Shown here: piece by piece, positions 19,503-29,556 of the stretch
Numbering within the stretch: the stretch's first letter is position 1
Layout: each line of letters starts with the position of its first letter
From: an uncultured Chloroflexia bacterium
Lineage (GTDB): Bacteria > Chloroflexota > Chloroflexia > Thermomicrobiales > UBA6265
Reading direction: 5' to 3'
DNA: 64,000 nucleotides
Assembly: GCA_963724295.1 (NCBI GenBank)
Contig: CAVRUC010000008.1
Coordinates: 256,001-320,000, forward strand
Program-made: the position numbers and the translations under genes
The notes under the pieces: model-generated
Told to the model about the DNA's origin: nothing
The model's database searches: none
Seen by the model: only the letters and a program-made list of their open reading frames with translations

Positions 19503-20789
19503 ATGACAAACGGACAGGAGTCGCGATTGACTGGGCCGATCTCGGAATTAACGGCAAAGACTCTTCACAGTCAGTACGACCGGAGGGCGGTCATTCGCCG
19601 TGCGATGGCGCTTGGTCTCGCCGCGCCGCTCGTGGCGGCCATGCTGGAGGCAGTGCCCGTCGCCGCGCAGGACGCCTCCCCAGCCGCGGCGCCGGCCGGG
19701 GAGCCCATCAAGATCGGCTCGCCCTACAACCTGACCGGCGGCTACGCCTCGATCGACAATCCGGCGGCCAACGGTTCCCGGCTGGCGGTCAAGGAGATCA
19801 ACGAGGCCGGTGGTGTGCTCGGGCGGCCACTGGAGATCCTCATCGAGGACGGCAAGAGTGACGTGCCGACCATCACATCCGTCGCCAAGAAGCTGGTCGA
19901 GGAGGACGGCGTCCACGTTATGGCCGGATTGACCGACACGTCATACATGCTGGCGGCGGGGCCGGTAGCCCAGGAGGCCGGCATCCCCTTCCTCGACGTT
20001 GGCGGCACCGCTCCGCTGATCACCACAGTCGGTGATTTCATCTTCATGCTTCCGTTCGGCGACAACGTCCAGGCGGCGGTCGCGGCTGAGTACGCCCACG
20101 AACAGGGGTGGACCACGGCGGCGCTGCTGCTGGACGAGGCGATGGACTACACCAAGTTCCTCGCCAAGTACTTCAGCGACCGATTCACCATGGAAGACAT
20201 CGGCGGTCAGATCGTCTCCGAGCTCTCCTACTCCATGGGTGATACCGACTTTTCAGCCCAATTGACAGAGTTCGTGAATCTCAATCCGCAGCCAGACTTC
20301 CTCTTCATCTCTGCCAACCCGGGTGAGATCGGGACGATCGTGCGACAGGCCCGCGACCTGGGTCTGACGATGCCGATCGTCGGCGGCGACGGTTATGACA
20401 CTCCGCTCCTGGCCGAGTTGGGTGGGGACGCGGCGACCAACATCTACTTCACGACCCACCAGGGCATCTATGACAAGACCCCGATCTCGGAAGCCTTCAA
20501 CGCGTCCTACGAAGCCGAGTATGGCAACCCGCCGGAGGCAGTCTTCGCCGCCCTCGGTTACGACGGCATCAAGCTGATGGCCGATGCCATCACCCGCGCC
20601 GGCACCATCGACGGTACGGCGGTGCGAGACGCGCTAGCGGCAACGCAGGGCTTCGAAGGGGTCACCGGCACGATCTCCTACGAGCCGGGCGTCCGGATCC
20701 CGTCGAAGTCAGTCGCGCTGATCGAGGTCGTCGACGGGCAGAACAATCTCCTCGAGATCGTCGTGCCAGAGGTGGTTCCGGAGGCGTAG
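19503..20789 (+). CDS. ABC transporter substrate-binding protein (LivJ/K type) with Tat-like leader
   Basis: Leader 'DRRAVIRRAMALG', then 'IKIGSPYNLTG', 'EINEAGGVLGRPLE', 'DTDFSAQLT' and 'ALGYDG'. Confidence 0.92.
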   Translation: MTNGQESRLTGPISELTAKTLHSQYDRRAVIRRAMALGLAAPLVAAMLEAVPVAAQDASPAAAPAGEPIKIGSPYNLTGGYASIDNPAANGSRLAVKEINEAGGVLGRPLEILIEDGKSDVPTITSVAKKLVEEDGVHVMAGLTDTSYMLAAGPVAQEAGIPFLDVGGTAPLITTVGDFIFMLPFGDNVQAAVAAEYAHEQGWTTAALLLDEAMDYTKFLAKYFSDRFTMEDIGGQIVSELSYSMGDTDFSAQLTEFVNLNPQPDFLFISANPGEIGTIVRQARDLGLTMPIVGGDGYDTPLLAELGGDAATNIYFTTHQGIYDKTPISEAFNASYEAEYGNPPEAVFAALGYDGIKLMADAITRAGTIDGTAVRDALAATQGFEGVTGTISYEPGVRIPSKSVALIEVVDGQNNLLEIVVPEVVPEA

Positions 20790-20827
20790 GGAACAGATCT
20801 CCGCGCTCTCTGTTAATTAGCCGCACA

Positions 20828-20861
20828 GAGCCTCTCTCCCAGTGCGCTGGGAGAGAGGCTC
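20828..20861. terminator. Perfect 15-bp hairpin between convergent genes (CCTCTCCC/GGGAGAGG palindrome family)
   Basis: GAGCCTCTCTCCCAG-TGCG-CTGGGAGAGAGGCTC. Relatives occur at 25421, 51181 and 63248. Confidence 0.7.
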
Positions 20862-20896
20862 GGCACCCCTTTTCGGCGTCCATGTCCTGGCGGCCA

Positions 20897-22144
20897 CTAT
20901 CCCCGCTTGTGACTGGTGCGCTCGCCCTCGATACCGGCCAGGCGTAGCGCCGCGCGTAGCAGCACGTTGGCCCCCGCTTCCAGATCTTCGGGCGTGGAGT
21001 ACTCCTGCTCGCAATGGCTGAGTCCGTTGATGGAACGGGCGAAGATCATCGCGCTGGGCGCGATCTCCTGGATGTACTTCGCGTCGTGACCGGCCCCGGA
21101 CCAGCACCGCCGCGTCGCGATACCCATCTCATCCGCCGCCGCCTGAACGGCGTCGACGACCTCGGGAGCGAAGGGCGTCGGCTCGCTCGTCCAGAAGCGG
21201 TTGATGCCGACCGTCACCCCGGTGAGTGCGGCAACGTCATTCGCCAGGCGCTCCAGCCCGGCGACGAGCCGGTCAAGCGTGGCGGCGTCGGGGTGGCGCA
21301 GATCGACGCTCATGGTCACCTTGCCGGGGATGGTGTTGATGACGTTCGGCTCCGCGGCGATGCGGCCAACCGTGCCGACGGCGCCATCGACCGCCCGCGC
21401 GATGTCGTCGACCCCAGCGATCATGCGCGCCGCGGCGACCAGGGCGTCCCGCCGCAGCGGCATCGGCGATGGTCCGGCATGATCGGCGCGCCCATCAGCG
21501 ATGATCTCGCTCCAGGTGATGCCGACGATCCCTTCGACCACACCGACGGGGACTGCCGCATCTTCCAAGACGGGACCTTGCTCGATGTGTAGCTCCAGGT
21601 AGGCGGCGATTGGACCGGGGCGGTTCGCACGCTCACCTCTGTAGCCAATGCGCTCCAACTCGTCGCCGAACGTGGCTCCGTCGCGATCGGTGCGCCCGTA
21701 GACGTACTCCGGGGTGAAGCGGCCAGCCACAGCGCCGGAGGCGAGCATCGCCGGTTCGAAGCGAACCCCCTCCTCGTTCGTCCAGTTGACGAGCTCCAGT
21801 GGACGGCGGGTCGTCACGCCGGCATCGTTGAGCGTGCGCATGACCTCCAAGGCGGCGAGGACGCCATAGGCGCCGTCGTAGCGACCGCCGCGGCGGACGG
21901 TGTCGATGTGCGAGGCCATCACGACCGCGGCGCCGCTCTCCCGACCGGCGCGGCGCCCGGTCATATTGCCGAAGTCGTCGACGCGGACGTGCAACCCAGC
22001 CTCCTCCATCCAGCGGCGAAGGAGATCGCGCCCAGCGCGATCCTCAGGTGAGAGCGCGAGCCGGGTGACACCTCCTCCGGACGTGGCCCCAATCCGGGCC
22101 AGTTGGCGCAGGTTCTCGTGCAGACGTTCGGCGTTGATGCGCAT
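20897..22144 (-). CDS. Zn-dependent hydrolase, N-carbamoyl-L-amino acid/allantoate amidohydrolase family
   Basis: Motifs 'SHIDTV..GGRYDG', 'NEEGVRF', 'ELHIEQGP', 'SGAGHDA' and 'GLSHC'. Confidence 0.92.
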   Translation of the reverse strand: MRINAERLHENLRQLARIGATSGGGVTRLALSPEDRAGRDLLRRWMEEAGLHVRVDDFGNMTGRRAGRESGAAVVMASHIDTVRRGGRYDGAYGVLAALEVMRTLNDAGVTTRRPLELVNWTNEEGVRFEPAMLASGAVAGRFTPEYVYGRTDRDGATFGDELERIGYRGERANRPGPIAAYLELHIEQGPVLEDAAVPVGVVEGIVGITWSEIIADGRADHAGPSPMPLRRDALVAAARMIAGVDDIARAVDGAVGTVGRIAAEPNVINTIPGKVTMSVDLRHPDAATLDRLVAGLERLANDVAALTGVTVGINRFWTSEPTPFAPEVVDAVQAAADEMGIATRRCWSGAGHDAKYIQEIAPSAMIFARSINGLSHCEQEYSTPEDLEAGANVLLRAALRLAGIEGERTSHKRG

Positions 22145-22158
22145 GTCAGTCCTCCGGC

Positions 22159-22276
22159 GGGTGATTGTTCGCTGCGCTCACGGTGATGGGTGAGGGTGAT
22201 TACTCGCTGCGCTCGTGGTGATGGGGGATAGAAGACGACCCGGCATTCTCCCTATCAGCCCATCACCCTATGACCC
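22159..22276. repeat. Second copy of the GGTGAT heptamer palindromic element
   Basis: Two tandem GTGATT..TCGCTGCGCTC..GGTGATGGG units (22161, 22196), followed by the inverted arm CCTATCAGCCCATCACCCTATGACCC. Confidence 0.8.
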
Positions 22277-22280
22277 TCGT

Positions 22281-23414
22281 TCACCCCATCACCCTCAACT
22301 CGCGGGTTGCTTCGTTCAAGCGAAGGCCGCCGTCCGCGGTGCAGACGACGGTGTCTTCGATCCGTATCCCGAACTGACCCGGGAAGTAGACACCCGGCTC
22401 ATCGCTGAAGACCATTCCTTCCGCCAACGGGAGAGTGTTGCCTTCCACCAGATACGGCTCCTCGTGCAGGGAGAGTCCCAGCCCGTGCCCGGTACGATGA
22501 ATGAAGGCGTCGCCATACCCGGCGTCGACGAGGACGCTTCTCGCGGCGCGATCGATCTCCTGGCAGGGGACGCCGGGTCGCACCGCCTCGAACGCGGCCT
22601 GGTTAGCGGCCAGCACGGCCTCATAGGCACGGACAAACTCGGGGGGCGGTTCGCCAACATGGGCGGTGCGGGTCACGTCGGAGTTATAGCCCTCCAGCGC
22701 TCCGCCCCAGTCGCAGACCAGCGCATCGCCGGGTCCGATCACGCGGTCGCTGGCGGTCTGATGTGGAGAGGCCCCATGCGGGCCGCTGCCGACGTTGCAG
22801 AAAACCGGCTGCAGTCCGCGCGCCGACAGCAACCCCATCAGGCGGTCGCGAACATCCCACTCGGTCAACCCCGTGATCGAAAGGGTAAGGAACTCTTCCC
22901 AGGATTCGTCGGTGCGGCGTGCGGCCTCGGCCAGCAGCGCGATCTCGCGCTCGTCCTTGATCATCCGCAACGGCCGCAGGAGTTGACCGCCCTCGGCCCA
23001 GCGAGCCCGCGGCATAGCGCGCTGGAGACGGAGGGTAAAGACGCTCCACAGTTCATCGCCGGCCGCGATGGTGCCCAGGGCGGACGTGCCGGCGACCGCG
23101 GCCACCTTCGCCGCCGGATCCTCTGTCTCCTCCCAGGAAACGATCTCCAGCAGGTCGCGTTGCTCGTGGAGGAGCGGCGCTTCCAACCCCGGCACGACGT
23201 AGTGCGGCTGACCGTCTCGAGGCAGGACGAGCACGCTCATGCGCTCCGACTCGTGTCCCTCGTAGCCGATCAGATAGAGGAGATCGGCGGAGGCGCCGAC
23301 GACGAGGAGATCGATGCCCTGGCGGGCCATCTCGTCTTGTGCGCGCCGCAGGCGATCGGCGTACGGGGTAGAGCTCGTTCCAGCATCCTGGAGACCGGTA
23401 GCGAGTGACGACAT
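22281..23414 (-). CDS. Xaa-Pro dipeptidase/aminopeptidase (M24)
   Basis: Motifs 'LRMIKD..EI', 'DWGG...GYNSDVTRT', 'HRTGHGLG..HEEP', 'SDEPGVY' and 'GIRIED'. Confidence 0.93.
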   Translation of the reverse strand: MSSLATGLQDAGTSSTPYADRLRRAQDEMARQGIDLLVVGASADLLYLIGYEGHESERMSVLVLPRDGQPHYVVPGLEAPLLHEQRDLLEIVSWEETEDPAAKVAAVAGTSALGTIAAGDELWSVFTLRLQRAMPRARWAEGGQLLRPLRMIKDEREIALLAEAARRTDESWEEFLTLSITGLTEWDVRDRLMGLLSARGLQPVFCNVGSGPHGASPHQTASDRVIGPGDALVCDWGGALEGYNSDVTRTAHVGEPPPEFVRAYEAVLAANQAAFEAVRPGVPCQEIDRAARSVLVDAGYGDAFIHRTGHGLGLSLHEEPYLVEGNTLPLAEGMVFSDEPGVYFPGQFGIRIEDTVVCTADGGLRLNEATRELRVMG

Positions 23415-23688
23415 GAAGGCTGTTCTCCTGCGAGGCGACGATCGTCCTGGCGAAATCCGATTCTAGCGCAGCCGCCCGCGGGCACTGTGGACCAGTATGT
23501 GCTCGACACACCGGCGACATTACCAGCGCCGGCCCAGCGGGGCATAGAGGCGGCATCGCTCAGGATTCCTTCAGGTAGCGTGCGGTATTCTTCGCGAACG
23601 TGTCATTTCATGTTGGCGCGACGCGTGCTGGCAGTCCGCGCTCGTCGCGGTGTTACCGACCTGGTTCTTCGTGTGCAAGGAGCAGCGG

Positions 23689-25407
23689 ATGCGCGGATAC
23701 CGACCCCGTTCCCTTGGTTGGCTCGCGACCATCTTCATGGTCGCGACCACCCTGATGATTCCCTGGCCGGCTCTGGCGCAGGACGCCACTCCCGCCGCCA
23801 GTGGCGAGCCGACCCGGTCCCTCACTCGTGAGGAGTTCACGACCCAACTAGTCGAAGATGTCGGATACACCGAGGCGGAGACGCCCGGAGGAACGGTTAT
23901 CGGCGCAATCACCGCCGATATCCAGACCGTCCTCCCTTTCCTAGCTGAAGAAGAAGCCTCGATCGCGGTCGCCAACCTGGTGTTTGAGTCGCTTGTCGGC
24001 TCTGACGTCCGCACAGGTCAGGTAGCCCCTCTCGGCCTCGCCGACTCGTGGGAGATCGCGCCTGACAACCGAACGTACACCTTTCATCTCAGCCAGGACG
24101 CGAAATGGCACGACGGCGTTGACGTCACCGCCGATGACGTCCAGTTCTCACTCGATGCCATCGCAAATCCAGAGGTAGGCAGCGCCTATACCGGAGCGTT
24201 TCTCGATACCGTCGAATCATGGCGAACGATAGATGAGCACACGGTCGAACTCGTCGCCGTGGAACCGCTCTACACATTCTTGTTCAACATCCAGGCGGCA
24301 TGGATCGTGCCCAAGCACATCTGGGAGAACGTCCCGGTTGCGGAGTGGCGAACCGATCCAGGCGCTAGCGGCACCGATCCTTCCCGGGTCATCGGATCGG
24401 GCCCGTTCAAGTTCGGTGAGTGGCGACAGGGCGAGAGCATCACCCTCAACCGCAATGAGGACTACCGCGGCAAGGTGCCCTACCTTGATTCCTACGTACT
24501 GCGCATCTGGCCGGACCGGACAGCGGTCGTCAATGCCCTGCTCAATGGGGAGGTCGACGCCGCTGAGCTCGACCCGGGGGACATCTCCGCGGTCGAAAGC
24601 ACACCGGGACTCACTGTGGCGCACTTTCCCACGACGAGCTTCACCTACTACGAGTTCAACCTCGACCCCGAGGTAACGACGCTCTGGCAGGACCAACGGG
24701 TGCGCCAGGCTCTCCTCTACGGGCTCGACCGGGAGTCGATCGTCAACGACATCCTGCTCGGATACGCCGAAGTGGCGCACGGTACACAGCCGGTCGTCTC
24801 CTACGCGTATGCCCCCGACCAAATCACGACGAAATACACCTACGATCCGGAGAAGGCCAGGTCACTCCTCGCCGAGGCGGGGTGGACTGATACGGACGGT
24901 GACGGCGGCGTCGACAAGGACGGGCAATCGCTCTCCTTCGAGCTGCTCTATATCGCTGGCTCGCCAACCAGCGACCAGATCGTCGCCTACATGCAGGATG
25001 CCTGGGCAGAGATTGGGGTTAGCGCAACGCCCCGAGCGCTCGAGTTCCCGGCATGGATCGAGGCAGTCACGACGGATGCGCCCTGGGAGATCGCGCTGGG
25101 CGGACTAACATGGGATGCCAGCTTCATTCAGGACCAGATGTTCGGCTGTGCGCAGTACCGGGTTGGGTTCAACGACATGAAGTACTGCAACCCCGAGCTC
25201 GACGCGATCAACGCGGAGGCGAAGCGGACGTTCGATGAAGATGCCCGTCGCGAGCTGCTGATCCAGGCGACGAACATCGTCAACGACGAGCAGCCGGTCG
25301 CGGTGATGCACTTTTCGCAGGACCACATTGCCTACAGTGACCGGCTTCAGAACTACACGCCCGGGCCCTGGGGAATTGACCTCAGCTACGTCTGGATCCA
25401 ACAGTAG
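23689..25407 (+). CDS. Peptide/nickel ABC transporter substrate-binding protein (family 5)
   Basis: Signal peptide plus 'AQDATPAA'; 'LADSWEI...TYTFHL...KWHDG...TADDV', 'GSGPFK' and 'YDPEKARSLLAEAGW'. Confidence 0.92.
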   Translation: MRGYRPRSLGWLATIFMVATTLMIPWPALAQDATPAASGEPTRSLTREEFTTQLVEDVGYTEAETPGGTVIGAITADIQTVLPFLAEEEASIAVANLVFESLVGSDVRTGQVAPLGLADSWEIAPDNRTYTFHLSQDAKWHDGVDVTADDVQFSLDAIANPEVGSAYTGAFLDTVESWRTIDEHTVELVAVEPLYTFLFNIQAAWIVPKHIWENVPVAEWRTDPGASGTDPSRVIGSGPFKFGEWRQGESITLNRNEDYRGKVPYLDSYVLRIWPDRTAVVNALLNGEVDAAELDPGDISAVESTPGLTVAHFPTTSFTYYEFNLDPEVTTLWQDQRVRQALLYGLDRESIVNDILLGYAEVAHGTQPVVSYAYAPDQITTKYTYDPEKARSLLAEAGWTDTDGDGGVDKDGQSLSFELLYIAGSPTSDQIVAYMQDAWAEIGVSATPRALEFPAWIEAVTTDAPWEIALGGLTWDASFIQDQMFGCAQYRVGFNDMKYCNPELDAINAEAKRTFDEDARRELLIQATNIVNDEQPVAVMHFSQDHIAYSDRLQNYTPGPWGIDLSYVWIQQ

Positions 25408-25420
25408 CCGAGGGTGTTTG

Positions 25421-25460
25421 CCCTCACCCCATCCCCTCTCCCAGCGCGCTGGGAGAGGGG
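25421..25460. repeat. CCCTCACCCC..CCCCTCTCCC-loop-GGGAGAGGGG REP-like palindrome
   Basis: CCCTCACCCCATCCCCTCTCCCAGCGCGCTGGGAGAGGGG directly after the SBP stop. A near-identical layout occurs at 63248-63287. Confidence 0.8.
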
Positions 25461-25610
25461 CATTTCCCGCGCTGCGAAGCGATTATGTATACTCGGAAGG
25501 TCCGCCTCAACTGGGGCTCGTTTGCCCTTCGCAATTGGTGATCAGTTCATGAGCGCCATGTCTTTGCCCGCAAACGACGTATTCGTGACGCCTGCCGCGG
25601 GGAGCCCGCG

Positions 25611-26588
25611 GTGACCGCCTACATTATTCGCCGCCTGCTGCAGATGATCCCGCTGATCTTCGGGGTCACCTTTTTAACCTTCGCCCTGATCAACCTCATC
25701 CCGGGGAGCCCCGTAGCGCGGCTGCGCGACAACCCGAAGATCCGTCCCGAGGCGGCTATCGAGCTGGAGCGGCAACTGGGGCTGGATAAGCCCTGGCCGG
25801 AGCGCTACGTGCGCTGGCTGGGCGATCTTGCCCATGGGGACCTGGGTGTCTCGCTCTACAACCGCCTGCCGGTGGCCGACCGCATCTGGGCGGTAATCCC
25901 CAATACGCTGCTGCTGGCAGTCCTCGCCTTGGCGCTGGCGCTCCTGATCGCGGTGCCGCTGGGGGTCTATTCGGCGGTGAAACACGGCAGCCTTTTCGAT
26001 CGCTCGGCGAGCGTTGGCGCGGTCGCGATGTATGCCATGCCTGACTTCTGGCTGGCACTGCTGCTGGTGATCCTGTTCTCGCTCAAGTTTCGGGAATGGG
26101 GACTTCCATCATTGCCCGTCGGCGGCATGGTCGATCCCCGCAGCGGCGGGGGATTCCTGGATCGGGTCGAGCATCTCATCCTGCCTGTGCTGGCACTGGC
26201 CATGGTCCAGATTGGCTCCTGGTCGGCATTCTTCCGCTCGTCGATGCTGGAGACGCTGAGCCAGGAATATGTCCGCACCGCCCATGGAAAAGGGTTGCCG
26301 AGCCGGACCATCCTCTACGTGCACGCCTTCAAGAACGCCTTCCTGCCGCTGATCACGATCGTCGGACTGGCCTTGCCGGGGCTACTCGGCGGCGCCTTCT
26401 TCATCGAGACCATCTTCGCCTGGCCGGGGATGGGGCGGCTCACGTTCGAGGCGGTCGGACGCCGCGACTACACGATGATCATGGCCACCACGCTGATGTT
26501 CTCCGTGCTGACGATGGTGAGCAATCTCATCGCGGATGTGCTCTACGCGGTTCTCGATCCACGCATCCGGCTGGAGGATGGCGCCTGA
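25611..26588 (+). CDS. Peptide ABC transporter permease (OppB/DppB-like)
   Basis: Motifs 'YIIRRLLQMIP', 'GDLGVS', 'EYVRTAHGKGL', 'ETIFAWPGMG' and 'LDPRI'. Confidence 0.93.
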   Translation: MTAYIIRRLLQMIPLIFGVTFLTFALINLIPGSPVARLRDNPKIRPEAAIELERQLGLDKPWPERYVRWLGDLAHGDLGVSLYNRLPVADRIWAVIPNTLLLAVLALALALLIAVPLGVYSAVKHGSLFDRSASVGAVAMYAMPDFWLALLLVILFSLKFREWGLPSLPVGGMVDPRSGGGFLDRVEHLILPVLALAMVQIGSWSAFFRSSMLETLSQEYVRTAHGKGLPSRTILYVHAFKNAFLPLITIVGLALPGLLGGAFFIETIFAWPGMGRLTFEAVGRRDYTMIMATTLMFSVLTMVSNLIADVLYAVLDPRIRLEDGA

Positions 26589-26589
26589 G

Positions 26590-27609
26590 ATGATCGACAT
26601 CGCATCCAGCGAGCAGGAAAGCGAGTATCAGCTCGCGCCGACGACCGATCCGCCAGCAAACGTCCCTCCATTTCGAGGAACACCGACCCTCTCCGCGCAC
26701 GCCGCCGCCGAGGCGTACGACGGCGTGCTCGACCGCCGCTCCCTGCGCAAGACGCCGGGGCTGTACACGCGCGCCTGGCACCGCTTCCGCACCAACTATG
26801 TGGCAATGGCGGCGCTGGTAGTCCTCAGCCTGATCGTCATCTTCGTCCTCTGCGCCGGGCTGATCTCAACCTACGTGACCGGGTTCACGGCTCAGGAAAA
26901 CCACCTCGCCGATAAGTTGAAGCCCCCGATGACCGACGGCTACATCCTGGGCAGCGATGGCAACGGCCGGGACATTCTGACGCGACTGGCATTTGGCGGG
27001 CGCATCTCGATCATGATCGCCGTGCTCTCGGCCTTCGCCACCTTTTTCGTGGGCGGCACGATCGGGCTCCTGTCCGGATACGCGGGGGGGAAAGTCGACA
27101 CCGTCATCATGCGGCTCGTCGACGTTCTCCTCTCCATCCCCGGCCTGCCCCTGCTGATCCTGATTGCCTCACTTTACTCGCCGGGACCGGTCGGGTTGGC
27201 ACTCATCCTGGCCTTTGTCGCGTGGCCGGGGATCGCCCGCATCGTGCGAGGCGAGGTCCTCGCCTTGCGCGGGCGCGAATACGTCGATGCCGCGCGCACG
27301 CTCGGCGCGTCGTCGATGCGGATCGTGCTGCGGCACATTTTGCCGAATGTGATGCCGCTGCTGGTGGTCTACATCTCGCTCATCATCCCCGGGTTGATCC
27401 TGGCCGAGACGGGCCTCTCCTTCCTCGGTATCGGGGTACAAGTGCCAACCCCGTCATGGGGCAACATGCTGGGCGACGCGCAGCAGTTCTTCCGTACCAA
27501 CGTCAGCAACGTCATCATCCCCGGTCTGATGATCTACGTCACATCGCTGACCATGTACCTGGTGGGCAGCGGCCTCCGCGACGCGTTCGATCCGCGCCTG
27601 ACTGAGTAG
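26590..27609 (+). CDS. Peptide ABC transporter permease (OppC/DppC-like)
   Basis: Motifs 'LGSDGNGRDILTRL..GGRIS', 'EYVDAARTLGAS', 'HILPN', 'PSWGNML' and 'GLRDAFDPR'. Confidence 0.93.
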   Translation: MIDIASSEQESEYQLAPTTDPPANVPPFRGTPTLSAHAAAEAYDGVLDRRSLRKTPGLYTRAWHRFRTNYVAMAALVVLSLIVIFVLCAGLISTYVTGFTAQENHLADKLKPPMTDGYILGSDGNGRDILTRLAFGGRISIMIAVLSAFATFFVGGTIGLLSGYAGGKVDTVIMRLVDVLLSIPGLPLLILIASLYSPGPVGLALILAFVAWPGIARIVRGEVLALRGREYVDAARTLGASSMRIVLRHILPNVMPLLVVYISLIIPGLILAETGLSFLGIGVQVPTPSWGNMLGDAQQFFRTNVSNVIIPGLMIYVTSLTMYLVGSGLRDAFDPRLTE

Positions 27610-27620
27610 TCGAGATGGCC

Positions 27621-27696
27621 AGTCGGTCAGTCGGTCAGTCGGTCAGTCGGTAAGAACGAGAATAGCCAATAACCGACAGCCAACAGCCAATAGCCC
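27621..27696. repeat. Short tandem repeats: (AGTCGGTC)x4 then (AGCCAAY-like heptamer)x4
   Basis: Read directly at 27621-27652 and 27664-27696. Confidence 0.85.
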
Positions 27697-27726
27697 GTTA
27701 CCTTGCCACAAGGAGTACCGAACCGC

Positions 27727-29538
27727 ATGAGTGCCACGATCACCGCCGTTCCGCCTCGCGCCGAGGTTCCCGTCGAGGAGACGTGGGCGCTGGAGACTGT
27801 CTTTGCCACGGATGAGGCGTGGGAAGAGGCATTCGATCGCAGTGGAGATCGGCTCCGCGCGGTGGAGGCGTTTCGGGGGCGCGTCGGAGAGGGCCCGGCC
27901 ACGCTGCTTGCCGCGTTGCGTGCGGCCGACGACCTCACCGAGGCTGTCTGGAAGGTCCTGGTCTTCGCCCTCCTGCGCCGCTCCGAGGATGCGACAAACA
28001 CGCACGCCGGAGAGATGGCCGACCGCGCTATCGGGCTGGCATCGCGCGCCGATGCGGCTAACTCCTTCCTGGGACCGGAGATCGCCGCCCTTTCCGACGC
28101 AACCATCGCCGGTTGGATTGGCCAGGAGCCGGGGCTCGAACCGTACCGGCACGCGCTGGAGCGGATTTGCCGGCTGCGGTCGCACATTCGCTCGGTCGAG
28201 GTCGAAGAGATCCTGGCGCGGGCCGGCGAGGTGGCCGCCGCCTCCGAGATCACTCAGGGCGTGCTGGAAGATGGGGAGCTGCCGCTAGGGCAGATCACCG
28301 ACGAGACCGGGCAAACCGTGCGGCTGGCGCAGGGAAACCTCAGCCGCTTCCTCGATTCGGCCGACCGCCGCGTGCGGCAGGAAGCCTGGGAGCAGTCGGC
28401 CGACGCCTACCTTGCTTTCCGCAATACGTTCGCTGCCACCCTGGCCGGCGCGGTCAAGCGTGACGTCTTCTACGCCCGCGCGCGCGGCTACGACTCGTCA
28501 CTGCAAGCGGCGCTGGCCGACGACAATATCCCGACTGCCGTCTTTTACAACCTCGTCGACACCGTCTGGAAGCACTTCCCGGTCTGGCATCGCTACTTCA
28601 GCGTCCGCCGCCGCCTGCTCGGTCTTCCGGAGGGCGATCTGCACGGCTACGACCTGGAAGCTCCTCTCACCGAACAGCCGAGCTTTCCCTGGGAATCAGG
28701 CGTGCAAACCATCCTGGCTTCGCTCGCGCCGCTGGGTCCTGACTATGTCGACGAAGTTCGCCGCGGGATGGCGGAGCGCTGGACCGACCGCTGCGCCAAT
28801 CTCGGTAAGGGAGGAGGCGCCTTCTCCTCCGGGACGTTCGGCACCGAGCCCTTCATTTCCATGACCTGGCACAACAACCTCACCAGCGTCTCTACCCTCG
28901 CACACGAGCTCGGCCACTCCATGCACTCCCTGCTGACCTGGCGGAATCAGCCCGTGACCTACGCCAGCTATGGGATGTCGGCGGCGGAGACAGCATCCAA
29001 CCTCAACCAGGCATTGATGGGCGCGCACCTGCTGGCCGAGCGGAGTGACCGGGATTGGACGATCGCGGTGATCGAGGAGCGCATGGCGAACTACATGCGC
29101 TACCTCTTTACGATGCCAATTCTGGCTCGCTTCGAGCTGGCCGCGCACGAGCGGGTGGAAGCGGGAGGCGCCCTCTCCGCGGATTGGATGAGTCAGACGC
29201 TGCTTGGGTTCTACCGGGAAGGGTACGGGCGGGAGGTCGTCGTCGACCCGGCGCGGATGGGAATCACCTGGGCGCGCTTCTCGCACTTGTTCATGAACTT
29301 CTACGTCTTCCAGTACGGCATCGGCATCTCCGCCGCGGCAGCGCTTTCGGAGGCAATCCTCACCGAGGGCGAACCGGCGCGGGAGCGATACCTCGCCTTC
29401 TTGCGCGCCGGCGGCTCCGTCGACCCGATCGTCGCCCTGCGCGACGCCGGCGTCGACATGGCCTCCCCCGAACCGATCGAGCGCGCCTTTGACTTGTTGA
29501 GCGGCTACGTCGATCGGCTGGAGGCGTTTGTGCCGTAG
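27727..29538 (+). CDS. pepF: Oligoendopeptidase F (M3B)
   Basis: Motifs 'TWALETVF', 'DRRVRQEAW', 'GKGGGAFSSG', zinc motif HELGH, 'AETAS' and 'FYVFQY'. Confidence 0.9.
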   Translation: MSATITAVPPRAEVPVEETWALETVFATDEAWEEAFDRSGDRLRAVEAFRGRVGEGPATLLAALRAADDLTEAVWKVLVFALLRRSEDATNTHAGEMADRAIGLASRADAANSFLGPEIAALSDATIAGWIGQEPGLEPYRHALERICRLRSHIRSVEVEEILARAGEVAAASEITQGVLEDGELPLGQITDETGQTVRLAQGNLSRFLDSADRRVRQEAWEQSADAYLAFRNTFAATLAGAVKRDVFYARARGYDSSLQAALADDNIPTAVFYNLVDTVWKHFPVWHRYFSVRRRLLGLPEGDLHGYDLEAPLTEQPSFPWESGVQTILASLAPLGPDYVDEVRRGMAERWTDRCANLGKGGGAFSSGTFGTEPFISMTWHNNLTSVSTLAHELGHSMHSLLTWRNQPVTYASYGMSAAETASNLNQALMGAHLLAERSDRDWTIAVIEERMANYMRYLFTMPILARFELAAHERVEAGGALSADWMSQTLLGFYREGYGREVVVDPARMGITWARFSHLFMNFYVFQYGIGISAAAALSEAILTEGEPARERYLAFLRAGGSVDPIVALRDAGVDMASPEPIERAFDLLSGYVDRLEAFVP

Positions 29539-29556
29539 CGCTTGCGACGCCTCCAA

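Noticed and set aside
23689..27609. Peptide ABC transporter without ATPase genes as a novelty
   Set aside because: Sharing ATPases encoded elsewhere is common, so this is not informative alone.
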